The notes beneath the pieces are model-generated. The model saw only the letters and a program-made list of their open reading frames with translations. It was not told the DNA's origin and did not search any database. Positions 1 through 11,145 of a DNA stretch of 64,000 nt are shown here, in pieces (the first letter of the stretch is position 1; every line of letters begins with the position of its first letter). Origin of the DNA: Lama guanicoe (lineage: Eukaryota); assembly GCA_013239625.1 (NCBI GenBank), contig MU055549.1:4137872-4201871 (forward strand), written 5' to 3'. The position numbers and the translations under genes are program-made.

Positions 1-533
1 AGTTCAAGGAAGACTCAGTGGACATCCCAAGCATCCCCCAAGCCCCATCTCGCGCCAAAGAACCAACAGATGCAGAGAACAGAGCCACAAAGCTGCGCTG
101 GGAATCTCCACAGCCCGACAGGATCAGCTCACCCGCCAGGACAAACACACAGCCCAAGACACCTTCCCGGAAAGGGGATGTGGAAGAGGTCCCAGCACTC
201 GGGAAGCCCACACAGACACCGGGGGGTGCCACACACACGGACGGAGGACCAGGTGATGATGAAAACATCAACCTGTGTGAGGAAACTCCAGAGCAGAAAC
301 TGGAGTCAGCAGAAAATGTAGCCGGAAGCAAGAGGCGGCCAAGGACACCCAAGACCAAGGCTCCACCCCTGGAGGACCTGACTGGCTTCAAACAGCTCTT
401 CCAGACCCCACATCATGTCAAGGAACCGATGACTGATCACAAAACCCCCAAAGTGCTCTGCCAGTCTCCACAACCAGAACCACTTGTCACATCAACTGGT
501 ATGACCAGACCGCTCAAGACACCTGCCCGGAAT
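1..533 (+). repeat. Near-identical duplicate of part of the MKI67 large exon (matches 1803-2335, offset 1802); reading frame stops at TGA 540-542
   Basis: Direct comparison shows 4 substitutions (positions 33, 48, 131, 393); sequences diverge abruptly after CCTGCCCGGAAT. Confidence 0.93.
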
Positions 534-1304
534 AAGCATTGACCTTCAGAGACTTGCATAACAAGGAATACTCATTTAATAATCGTAAACTAGCTGTGCA
601 CGCTTGCCTGTCTTCATTTAGTATCAGTAAAGAGGGTAATGTGCAGAAGAGTATGGTGGCCTCCCGTCACACTGCTGCGTAAGTCACTCAAATGCAAAAG
701 CGCTGTCAGTTACCAAAGGGAAAGACGGCAGGTGCACACGGTGCGGGGACTCCTGTGACCACGGCGGGGCGCCTGCAGCAGGATGAGTGTGAGAGGGGAG
801 GTGTGGTCTACCTGCTCACTTACGCTGGGCGCCGAGTCCCTGCCGTAGAGGGAACAGCTTGCTGCTCTGAAGATGCTTCCTGTTGCTAAAAGGTAGATGT
901 TTCCGGTGTAACATGGGCCCTCAGCGTGCCAGGTATAATCCGTGATATCGCATCGGTGGTTCAGCAGAAGAAACAGATCTCAGTTCCTCACGTTCAAAGA
1001 AAAAAATGTTCCGCTCACTGAGACATGAGTGGCAGCCTTCAGGAATCTTTCACTTTTATCTAATCCCTGAAGATCCTTACCAGCACCTATGTAAACCCCC
1101 CTCTCTATCAGCCAATAACATTATTCCTAAGTGTGCCAGGTTCAGATGTCAGCCAGACGGATGGTCACATAAGCAGCCTCATGTCCTTAGGTGGACGGGG
1201 GCTGGATTGTTGGCTCTTAAACGATATTTATGAGGACAGAACACCAAACTGGCACAACACAGTGAACGGAATATACTTACTGTGTGTGTTTTAATTTCTT
1301 GCAG

Positions 1305-4300
1305 GAGAGAATGTGTTCCCCAGTGCTCAGGAGGCGCCCGCAGAGCCGTCTGGTAAACGTTCTGCCAGCCCTGGCCGTGTTAAAATCAATGAAAGGACTG
1401 TGAAAACTCCAGGGAGTGTCTGTCAAGCGCTGGGTGCTAAGAGAGAAACTCCAGGGTCTGAGGCAGCGCCTCCAAAGGCAGCACCGAGTGCAAACAGGTG
1501 TAGAAGGTGTGCGGAGCCCAGAGCCAGGCAGAGGCCGGGCTCAGAGAGTGCGAGCGAAGACACGGAACTGGACGCTGTGGAGGACATCTTGGGAAGACGT
1601 CTGAGAAACGCACCACCACCAGGGCAGAAGCCAGAGGGAAAGGGGAAGGAAAGTGAAAGATTTTTTGAAACATGTAAGAAAAATATTGAGTCCAAAGAAG
1701 ATTCTGGAAAGATGATGGCTGTGAGGAGATCCAGAAGAGCTTCAGAGCTGAAATGGGAACCAACAGCAGACCTGAGCACCCTCATGAGACTACAAGAGAC
1801 AGAGTTCAAGGAAGACTCAGTGGACATCCCAAGCGTCCCCCAAGCCCCAGCTCGCGCCAAAGAACCAACAGATGCAGAGAACAGAGCCACAAAGCTGCGC
1901 TGGGAATCTCCACAGCCCGACAGGATCAGCTCGCCCGCCAGGACAAACACACAGCCCAAGACACCTTCCCGGAAAGGGGATGTGGAAGAGGTCCCAGCAC
2001 TCGGGAAGCCCACACAGACACCGGGGGGTGCCACACACACGGACGGAGGACCAGGTGATGATGAAAACATCAACCTGTGTGAGGAAACTCCAGAGCAGAA
2101 ACTGGAGTCAGCAGAAAATGTAGCCGGAAGCAAGAGGCGGCCAAGGACACCCAAGACCAAGGCTCCACCCCTGGAGGACCTGACTGGCTTCAAAGAGCTC
2201 TTCCAGACCCCACATCATGTCAAGGAACCGATGACTGATCACAAAACCCCCAAAGTGCTCTGCCAGTCTCCACAACCAGAACCACTTGTCACATCAACTG
2301 GTATGACCAGACCGCTCAAGACACCTGCCCGGAATGCGGAGATGCAGGAAGATGTCTCAGCACTCAGGAAGCCCACCCAGACTGCAGGCAGCACCAGGCC
2401 GTCACACAGAGGACCAGCAGGTGATGATGAAAGCATCAGATTACTTAAGGAAACTCCAGAGCAGAAACTGGAGTCAGCAGAAAATGTAACTGGAAGTAAG
2501 AGGCGGCCCAGGACACCCAAGGAAAAAGTCCCACCCCTGGAGGACCTGATTGGCTTCAAAGAGCTCTTCCAGACCCCACATCACACAGTGGAACCAATGA
2601 CTGATAACAAACCTTCCAAAACACCCTGTAAGTCTCCACCATTAGAATCCGTCAACACACCAAGCAGGAAGGGACAGCTCAAGACAGCTCTCCAGAAAGT
2701 GGACAGAGAGGGTGAGCTGTCAGCACTCAGGAAGCCCCCCCAGACGCCAGGGGACACCACACACTCGCACGGAGGACCAGCGGCTGCTGATAAAGACATC
2801 CAGATGTTTAATGAAACTTCAAGGCGGAAACCTGACCCTGCAGAATACGTGACTGGAATTAAGAGGCGGCCAAGGACACCCAAGGCAAAGGTCCAGTCTC
2901 TAGAGGACCTGGCTGGTTTCAAAGAGCTCTTCCAAACCCCAGTTCACACCAAGGAACCAGTGGCTGTTGTCAAAACTCCAAAAATCCTCTGTGTATCTCC
3001 ACAATCTGAATCAACTGTCACACTGACCAACAGGAAGAGACAGCTCAAGACACCTCCCCAGAAAGTGGACAGAGAGGTTGAGCTCTCAGCACCCAGGAAG
3101 ACCACACAAACACCTGGGGAAACCAGACACTCAGACAGAGAACCAGTAGGTGATGATGAAGACAGAGCATTTAAGGAAACTCCAAAGCAGAAACTGGAGT
3201 CAGCAGAAAATGTAGCTGGAAGCAAGAAGCGGTCAAGGACACCCAAGACCAAGGCTCCACCCCTGGAGGACCTGACTGGCTTCAAAGAGCTCTTCCAGAC
3301 CCCACATCATGTCAAGGAACCGATGACTGATCACAAAACCCCCAAAGTGCTCTGCCAGTCTCCACAACCAGAACCACTTGTCACATCAACTGGTATGACC
3401 AGACCGCTCAAGACACCTGCCCGGAATGCGGAGATGCAGGAAGATGTCTCAGCACTCAGGAAGCCCACCCAGACTGCAGGCAGCACCAGGCCGTCACACA
3501 GAGGACCAGCAGGTGATGATGAAAGCATCAGATTACTTAAGGAAACTCCAGAGCAGAAACTGGAGTCAGCAGAAAATGTAACTGGAAGTAAGAGGCGGCC
3601 CAGGACACCCAAGGAAAAAGTCCCACCCCTGGAGGACCTGATTGGCTTCAAAGAGCTCTTCCAGACCCCACATCACACAGTGGAACCAATGACTGATAAC
3701 AAACCTTCCAAAACACCCTGTAAGTCTCCACCATTAGAATCCGTCAACACACCAAGCAGGAAGGGACAGCTCAAGACACCTCCCCAGAAAGTGGACAGAG
3801 AGGGTGAGCTGTCAGCACTCAGGAAGCTCCCCCAGACACCAGGGGACACCACACACTCGCACGGAGGACCAGCGACTGCTGATAATGACATCCAGATGTT
3901 TAACGAAACTTCAAGGCAGAAACTGGACTTTGCAGAAAGTGTGACTGGAAGCAAGAGGCGGCCAAGGACACCCAAGGCAAAGGTCCAGTCTCTAGAGGAC
4001 CTGGCTGGTTTCAAAGAGCTCTTCCAAACCCCAGTTCAAACCAAGGAAACAATGGCTGTCGTCAAAACCCCCCAGATGCTCTGGATATCTCCACAACCTG
4101 AACCAACTGTCACACCGACCAACAGGAAGAGACGGCTCAAGGCACCTCCCCAGAAAGTGGACAGAGAGGTTGAGCTGTCAGCACTCAGGAAGTCCACACA
4201 AACACCTGGGGAAACCAGACACTCAGACAGAGAACCAGTAGGTGATGATGAAGACAGAGCATTTAAGGAAACTCCAAAGCAGAAACTGGAGTCAGCAGAA

Positions 4301-6304
4301 AATGTAGCTGGAAGCAAGAAGCGGTCAAGGACACCCAAGACCAAGGCTCCACCCCTGGAGGACCTGACTGGATTCAAAGAGCTCTTCCAGACCCCGGATC
4401 ATGTCAAGGAACCGATGACTGATGACAAAACCCCCCAGATACCCTGTAAATCTCCACGACTGGAACCTGTTGACACACCAGCAAGCAGGAAGGGATGGCT
4501 CAAGACAGCTCCCCAAAAAGCAGAGGTGCAGGAAGGTCTCTCCGCCCTCATGAGGTCCACACAGACTTCAGGGGACACCACGCTCTCACACAGAGGACCA
4601 GAGGGTGGTGACAGAGGCACTGCAGTGTCTCAGGAAACTCCAAAGCCGAAACTGGACTCAGCAGAAAATGTAGCTGTAAGTAAGAGGCGGCCCAGGACAC
4701 CCAAGGAAAAGGCCCCACCCCTAGAGGACCTGACTGGCTTCAAAGAGCTCTTCCAGACCCCAGATCACGCAAAAGAACCAGTGGCCGAGGACAAAACCAC
4801 CAGAATACCTTGTAACTCTCCCCCAGCTGAGCCCGTCACCAGGAGAACAAGTAGGAAGAGACGGCTCAGATCCCCGCCAGGGAAAGCGGGCGTGGGAGAG
4901 GTCTCAGCGCTCGGGGAGCCCTCGCTGGCGCCAGGGGATGCCACACACAGAGAAGCTGTAGGGGATGAAAAGGACGTCCAAGTGATTAGAAAAACTTCAA
5001 GGCAGAAACTGGACTCAACAGAAAAAGTAATCGGTGTCAGGAGTCGGCTAAGATCATGTAAGGAGAAGACCCAACCCCTGGAGGACCCGCGTCTCAAAGA
5101 GCTGGTCCAGAAGCCCCGTCAGACCAAGAGAACAATGAGAGCTGCTAAAGCCACGACAGTGCCCTGCCAGTCTCCCCCCGCAGAACCAGCCCCCGGGCCG
5201 ACGGGGAGAAAGAGACGGCTCAAGTCCCCACCAGAGAAAGTGGACGTGGCCGAGGTCTCAGCGCTCAGGGAGCCCATCCAAGCACCGGGGAAGACCACGC
5301 GCACCCACGGAGAACCTGGCAGTGAAGAAAAAGACACCCAAGTGTTTAGAAAACCTTCAAGGCAGAAACTCGACCCTTCAGAAAATATAATGGGCATGAA
5401 GAGTCGGCTAAGAACATTTAAGGAAAAGACCCAATCCCTGGAGGCCCCGGACATTCTCGAAGAGCTGGTCCAGAAGCCAGATCAGGCCAGGGAGCAAACA
5501 AGTGATGCTAAGATCCCTGTGATGCCCTGCCAGTCTCCACCAGCACAACCAGTTACCAGGCCAACAAGTAGGAAGAGACGGCTCAGGTCCCCGCCAGGGA
5601 AAGCAGGTGTGGGAGAGGTCTCAGCGCTTGGGGAGCCCACGCTGACGCCAGGGGACGCCACACACAGAGAAGCTGTAGGGGATGAAAAGGACGTCCAAGT
5701 GTTTAGAAAAACTTCAAGGCAGAAACTGGACTCAGCAGAAAAAGTAATCAGTGTCGGGAGTCGGCTAAGATCATGTAAGGAGAAGACCCAACCCCTGGAG
5801 GACCCGAGTCTCAAAGAGCTGGTCCGAAAGCCCCGTCAGGCCAAGGAGCTGGGCAGTGGTGCTGCTGGCGTCAAGAGAGCCCCAAAGGAAGCACCTGATG
5901 GAAGAAACCCTGCAAAAATACCCCAAAGGGTCCTCAGAGCCCCTAAATTAAGATTCATGGAAGACCTCGACCTTGCGGGCAGCGAAGACCCCATGAAATC
6001 ACCAAGTGCAAGCAGCGTTTCCCCGCCGCCCCCCAAGAGGAGACGGGGGGAGGATGGAAGTGTCACAGGAAGGAAGACACTGCGCTCCACGACTGCCACA
6101 AAGGACACCGTGGGTGAGAAGCCCCCCCAGAAACCAAGTACAGCCCCCAGGGACGGATGGCCACAGCCCGAATCCTTGGTAATGAGGAAGAAAAGTCTGA
6201 GAACTTTGGCACAAAGGACTGAACAAGTGGAGAACCTGTCTGATGGTGACACGAGAGCCAAAGCTATGGGCCGACAAGCAGAAGACGCACACCCTCCAGC
6301 TAAG
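1305..6304 (+). CDS. MKI67: Proliferation marker Ki-67, large repeat-encoding exon (equivalent to human exon 13)
   Basis: Acceptor tttcttgcag|GA at 1304/1305, begins (G)ENVFPSAQ; 5-kb open frame with ~121-aa repeats carrying LEDLxGFKELFQTP; donor AAG|gtgagg at 6304/6305. Confidence 0.96.
1810..5840 (+). repeat. Ki-67 tandem repeat array (~363-366 bp unit, ~11 units: 8 FKELF, 3 degenerate KELV/EELV)
   Basis: FKELFQTP near 2190, 2555, 2920, 3280, 3645, 4010, 4375, 4740; LKELVQKP, LEELVQKP, LKELVRKP near 5095, 5460, 5810. Confidence 0.92.
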
Positions 6305-6930
6305 GTGAGGGACGTGCTATGTCACCCTCCTGCGTCCTCCAGGAGGGGTGGTCTCCATTTGGGTTCAGCATTCGGTATAAACTGAATGTAACCTGAACGT
6401 ATGTGGGGTACCCTCTCCAGGGGGGTCTGCACTCAGCACAGTGAGTGACTATGGACCACGCTGAAGCGTCCTTTGGGGTTTTACGGAGAGAATGAGCTAG
6501 CTGGGGAAAATAACTGGTCAAAATTAGTATCATATGTTTTGACAAGAGCTTCTCAAGAACTGAGTTGTGTTCACCTTCAGAGGTGTGGGGCACGGGGCCA
6601 AGGAAAGGTGGGCAGCTCAGTCCTGCACTGTTCAGACACTAACCCCGAGGGCTGGGTAGGTGTGGTTTGTGGTCAGGTTTTAAACGATGAAGACAGTAGA
6701 CAGGGCACGTGTGTCCTGGGGAGCCCGTGGCTGCTGGGGGGTCAGACAGGCGTTACTGCTGCAGGAGAGAAGCCTGTAAATTCCGTTCCTGTCCTGCTCT
6801 AGCAACGACTGTTAAAGGGTCAGAGATTCATTTACTGCCTGAAGAAAGGGGCGTTTTCCTGGAAGACCCTTTGAATGCTTGTTAGAATCAGACTGACACT
6901 TGTGACATTCAGGCGTTGATTGAAATTGAC

Positions 6931-7482
6931 ACTGAATTCCATACTCAGGGTTTATCAGTAGAGACGGTGATTTCTCCAAAGGGACAAAGTGTCAGGCACC
7001 CCCCTGACTTCCTCAGATTATGGGCACCTTCAAAAATTAATCAGTGTAAAATTTTCCAGCTAATTCCCCTTGGAGTTCACTTTGGATTGTTTCTGTCCAT
7101 GGTGAGCTTTGAAATCTGTATTCCTCACTGTTGGTGTTTTGTGACTGTCTTTTGAACATTTTTAGGGAATGTCCCTGCGTTCAAGGGGCCGGAGTAAAAC
7201 CGATATACTGAATTCCATACTCAGGATTTATCAGTAGAGACGGTGATTTCTCCAAAGGGACAAAGTGTCAGGCGCCCCCCTGACTTCCTCAGATTATGGG
7301 CACCTTCAAAAATTAATCAGTGTAAAATTTTCCAGCTAATTCCCCTTGGAGTTCACTTTGGATTGTTTCTGTCCATGGTGAGCTTTGAAATCTGTATTCC
7401 TCACTGTTGGTGTTTTGTGACTGTCTTTTGAACATTTTTAGGGAATGTCCCTGCGTTCAAGGGGCCGGAGTAAAACCGATAT
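6931..7482 (+). repeat. 276-bp direct tandem duplication (6931-7206 / 7207-7482) including the acceptor and first 41 nt of the penultimate MKI67 exon
   Basis: The two copies differ at about 2 positions; ttttag|GGAATGTCCCTGCGTTCAAGG occurs at both 7166 and 7442. Confidence 0.93.
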
Positions 7483-7885
7483 GGGAGAGCAGCAACCTGA
7501 GGCTCTCATATCAGCAGAAAAGGTGAAAATGAAGAGAAACGAGAAGAAGCCCTTGAAGACGTCCCAGGAGAAGCAGCTCCAGAGGCCAGAAGAAGGAGCC
7601 GACCATCCTGCCTCCTGGGGCCAAGTTCAGGAGCGCAGGATGTGCTTGAGGTCGCGGAGACAGCAGAAGACACCTTCGCCTGCTGCAGCGGAGGAGAAGG
7701 CCGGGGAGGAAGGGGCGGGAGCCCACGGGGGGAGCCAGGAAGGGGAAGGAGCAGCAGAACGTGCAGGCCTCCCGGGCTTGAGATCAAGAAGGACTGCAGC
7801 CCACCCTCCAGCAACCCCTGCGGAGAGCGAGTCCGAGCGGAGGGTGACGCGGGGGGCCAGGAGACGTGCCGGAGGCCCGCCAAAG
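7442..7885 (+). CDS. MKI67: Ki-67 penultimate coding exon (leucine/arginine-rich C-terminal region)
   Basis: Phase-0 acceptor; GMSLRSRGRSKT...MCLRSRRQQK...LRSRR LR motifs; 3' end placed at AAG|gcaggt to keep frame with the last exon. Confidence 0.88.
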
Positions 7886-9737
7886 GCAGGTGGGTGATTT
7901 GCCGTTTCTCTGTTTTTATGAGCCTAGGGAGTTTCCATTTAATTTTCGTTCCCTGTTGCGAGAGCAAACACAACACACGCTCTGCGGCAGCACGCTGCCC
8001 GCCCCCGGGGATGCTGACGGGAGCAGCGGGAGGCTAGGCCGTTGCTTTGCCTTGTGGCTGCGTTCAGGTTTGTCCGTCGTGGGACTCTCCCTCCAACAGC
8101 CAGTCCACGTCATGAAGCCATCATTCGGGGGAACAGGGTTCATCCAGTCAGTGCTTTCCGGCTGCTTATTCTGTCACCCGCGCTGAGACAGCAGGCGGCT
8201 GGCTTCAGTCCTGGTCAGAGGCTGAACGCAGCTGCCAGGCCGGTGGCCCTGTCGGATTCCAAAGGCGTCCCTTTGGACAGTGGGCGTGGAAAGCAGTCGG
8301 GGGTGGCCGGAGGCGAACAGTATGTCCAGGGGGCAGTTGGGTGTCCTCTCTCCTCCGCACATGTGACATTTTCTCTGTTAACGGGCTGTCTGCGCTGTTG
8401 ACGTCACGTCAGAGCCAGCAGCTCCCGTGTCGTCTGACACTTGAGCAGACACGCGGAGCCGGGGGAAGCACAGTCGGTGTTCTGGGGGACGCCTGACTTG
8501 GTTGGTCTGAGAGGGAGGCCCCGCGGCTCCCCCTCTGAGTGGTCTGGGTTTCCTGGCGTGCAGTCCCAGACTCCGTGGACGCCAGGCCTGTGGGCCACGG
8601 CTCCCACCTTCTCCTGTGGTAGACGACTGAGGTGGTGTCACTGCCGAGGCACAGGGACTTGTTGACCATGTGCCGGAAGTGGTGACAAGGTGGCATGACC
8701 TGGCACTCGGCCACATCCTGGACCTCATCCAATGTCCCACTGCCCTTGGAGATGAGGGGACAGGGACAGAGAGGGCAGGAGACCACGGTCAGCAGAGGCA
8801 GACAGAGTGTGTTCTCCTTAGGCCTCTATTATCTTGTCATTTACCGTTCTTTTGTCATCCGTAATGTGGATTTTCACCGCGTGCATCTCCACTTTGACCT
8901 TTTCCTAAGATTCAGTCACTTGAGGAACATTTGTGCTGCTTTGTATTAAGGTGATGTCTTCGGTCAGTAAGGGTTTCAGGTTATTTGTATTCATACTCAG
9001 CCACAGATTTTTAAATTCTGTCTTCGGTTTTTCTGACTCTTCCCCCACCATGGTAAAGATCACTTGACCAGGTCATCAGTGGGGACGGCTTCCACAGTGT
9101 GTCCCACATCATGATCAGCACTTCCGGTGGGCTGTTGAGTGGAGCGCTGTGCAGAAGTGTAGACGCGGGCTGCTTACCTGCAAATGCGGGGCAGACACCG
9201 CAGCTCCCGGCAGCAGCTCTGAAAACGTGATCGCCTCTGGTTTCGTTTTAGATTTTATCGAAGTGTCTAGAAAATGAGCCTTCTCCCAGCATCTCCCGCC
9301 GCACACAGCTCACACTCACACGGTGCTGAGTGACTGTTCTCTTCAGACACACAGATCGTTTAGAAAAAGACCCCGAAGACGTAGTCCTGATTATACATTT
9401 CAATTCACTTTTTCTGAGTGGGATTTTTAAAAATTAGTGAAAATGTATGTTTTAGTGTTGAAATTTTCTAAGTTATGTATTAACGTAAAAAAAAAAGGTT
9501 CCAAACCCTTCTATCAAAAGACAAAATATTCAAGTTGAAAACACCAAATAGTAAAAATATTTTAAGGCAGCTTTTACAGGATGCATTGGACAGCTCACTT
9601 CCAACCTCAAGATTAATTTTCTAGAATGAAAGGTCTGCATCTCACCTAGCAAGGATTTGGGGCTTTGCAAAGTAGACTTGGTTACAAAAATTATTCTTTT
9701 AAAATTACTTAAGAGTTGTATTTTTGTTCCCAAACAG

Positions 9738-9833
9738 GAAAATGACAATGTGTGTGTCAAGCAAATAAGATCCAGAAGTCTTCAGGACAATAAAGACATG
9801 AAGCGAACAAGTTTGAAATGGAAAAAAAAGTAA
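9738..9833 (+). CDS. MKI67: Ki-67 last coding exon ENDNVCVKQIRSRSLQDNKDMKRTSLKWKKK*
   Basis: Acceptor tttttgttcccaaacag|GAA; resembles the human C-terminus (EDNVCVKKIRTRS); TAA 9831-9833. Confidence 0.88.
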   Translation, partial: ENDNVCVKQIRSRSLQDNKDMKRTSLKWKKK

Positions 9834-10405
9834 TAAATGTTAGTTTAGTGACAGTTCTAGCACAGCATTTGCTATACATTTTAAAGTGAATTCTGTAAAT
9901 AATGCTATTGGTGGAGGTTGGGGGGTTAAGGGGAGAAAGCTTAGAATTTTCTGGCTCTGAATAGTTTATTCAAAAACCCCACATGGAGGTTATGAAGGAG
10001 ACTGCGGGGTCTCGTAAAGTGATAAAAATTTAAAACTGGGGGTGAGGGGTCGGGGGTGGGAGTGTGCCATGGTGCGGCCTCCGGCTGTGCGCAGTGAAGC
10101 CCTGATGTTTGTGACTCCGTGGCCGGTCCCCTGGGCCGCGGGCTCTGGCACTCGCCGCAGCCCATTGTGCATGCGTCTGTGCTTGTCTCCCTCCCCCATC
10201 ATCTCCGCCCACCGGTCTCTCGCGTGTGTCCTCCGTCAGACTGAAAGGCGGCCAGGGCTTCCAGCCTGCACCCCTAGCACCAGGCAGGCGCTCAGGAAAC
10301 AGTAACACGTCCCCCCTTTGCAATGGAGGACGTCGCGTCCATGCACTGGGGCTGTGGTCGCCTGCACGGGACGGTCCTCTCCTTGGTGTCCTCATCAGTT
10401 AAGGG

Positions 10406-10411
10406 AATAAA
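10406..10411 (+). promoter_or_regulatory. Candidate MKI67 polyadenylation signal (other AATAAA at 9832, 11120, 11841)
   Basis: AATAAA hexamer downstream of the stop with GT-rich sequence after it; usage unverified. Confidence 0.3.
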
Positions 10412-11109
10412 GGTGTGATTTGGAGGGTGGCTGATGAATCTGTCTTCAGGGTAAAGATGTCACTTTATTTGAGGAATGACGGGTAACTTGGCTTTTTCCA
10501 CTTTCAGTGTCTTTGTCTAAACTAGGACTGCTTTCATCTGAGAGGCCCCTCACCGACTCTTAGGGCCGTCAGCCAGGGTGCCCCTCGATTCCAAACTAAC
10601 ATCCCTCTCAGCCCGTGTGCTTTCGTGTCAGGGACATCGGAGCTTTCTACTCACCTGTGCTTTTTGTGGCCACGCCTCTTGGCCTGACTTTGTGCCCAGC
10701 CCAGACAGGAAGCAGCACAAACCCTTCTTTAAAAGGATGGCTATTTCTCATGGCCAGAGAGCATGAGGCTCTTCACCCACAATTTCTGAACTGCTTACCC
10801 ATGAGCCCCTGCCGCCCACACCTCGTTTTCAGCCCAGAATTCATTCTGCAGCTCCAGGGCCCTCCATCTCACTGCTGGGCATCCCCATTTTCACATGCTG
10901 CCCTGTCCTGTGGCTCCGTGGTCCCTAATTCAGAAATGAGCACACCTTCCCTCCAGTCACCTGTGTGCCCCCCCCCCAATTCGGCTGCCTTGCCAGGTGG
11001 AGGTGAGCATGGAAAACAAGGGAGGGTCACTGTCCCGTATGGTGTGAACTGTACCAGCCGTGCCCCTGTCTGTCCCCTCTTGTACCCCTGAGTCTGGTGA
11101 GGAGCCAGA

Positions 11110-11145
11110 GCCGCAGAATAATAAATGTTTGTTGAATGAATGCCT
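11110..11145 (+). mobile_element. L2 LINE 3'-end remnant
   Basis: aataaatgtttgttgaatgaatg, the characteristic L2 terminus. Confidence 0.5.

Noticed and set aside
1423-6261. Periodic ~110-aa minus-strand ORFs across the Ki-67 exon
   Set aside because: Antisense shadows of the repeated coding frame; they recur with the repeat period and have no independent gene features.
6305-6385. ORF extension VRDVLCH...FGIN* of the 1690-aa ORF
   Set aside because: Intron read-through past the AAG|gtgagg donor.
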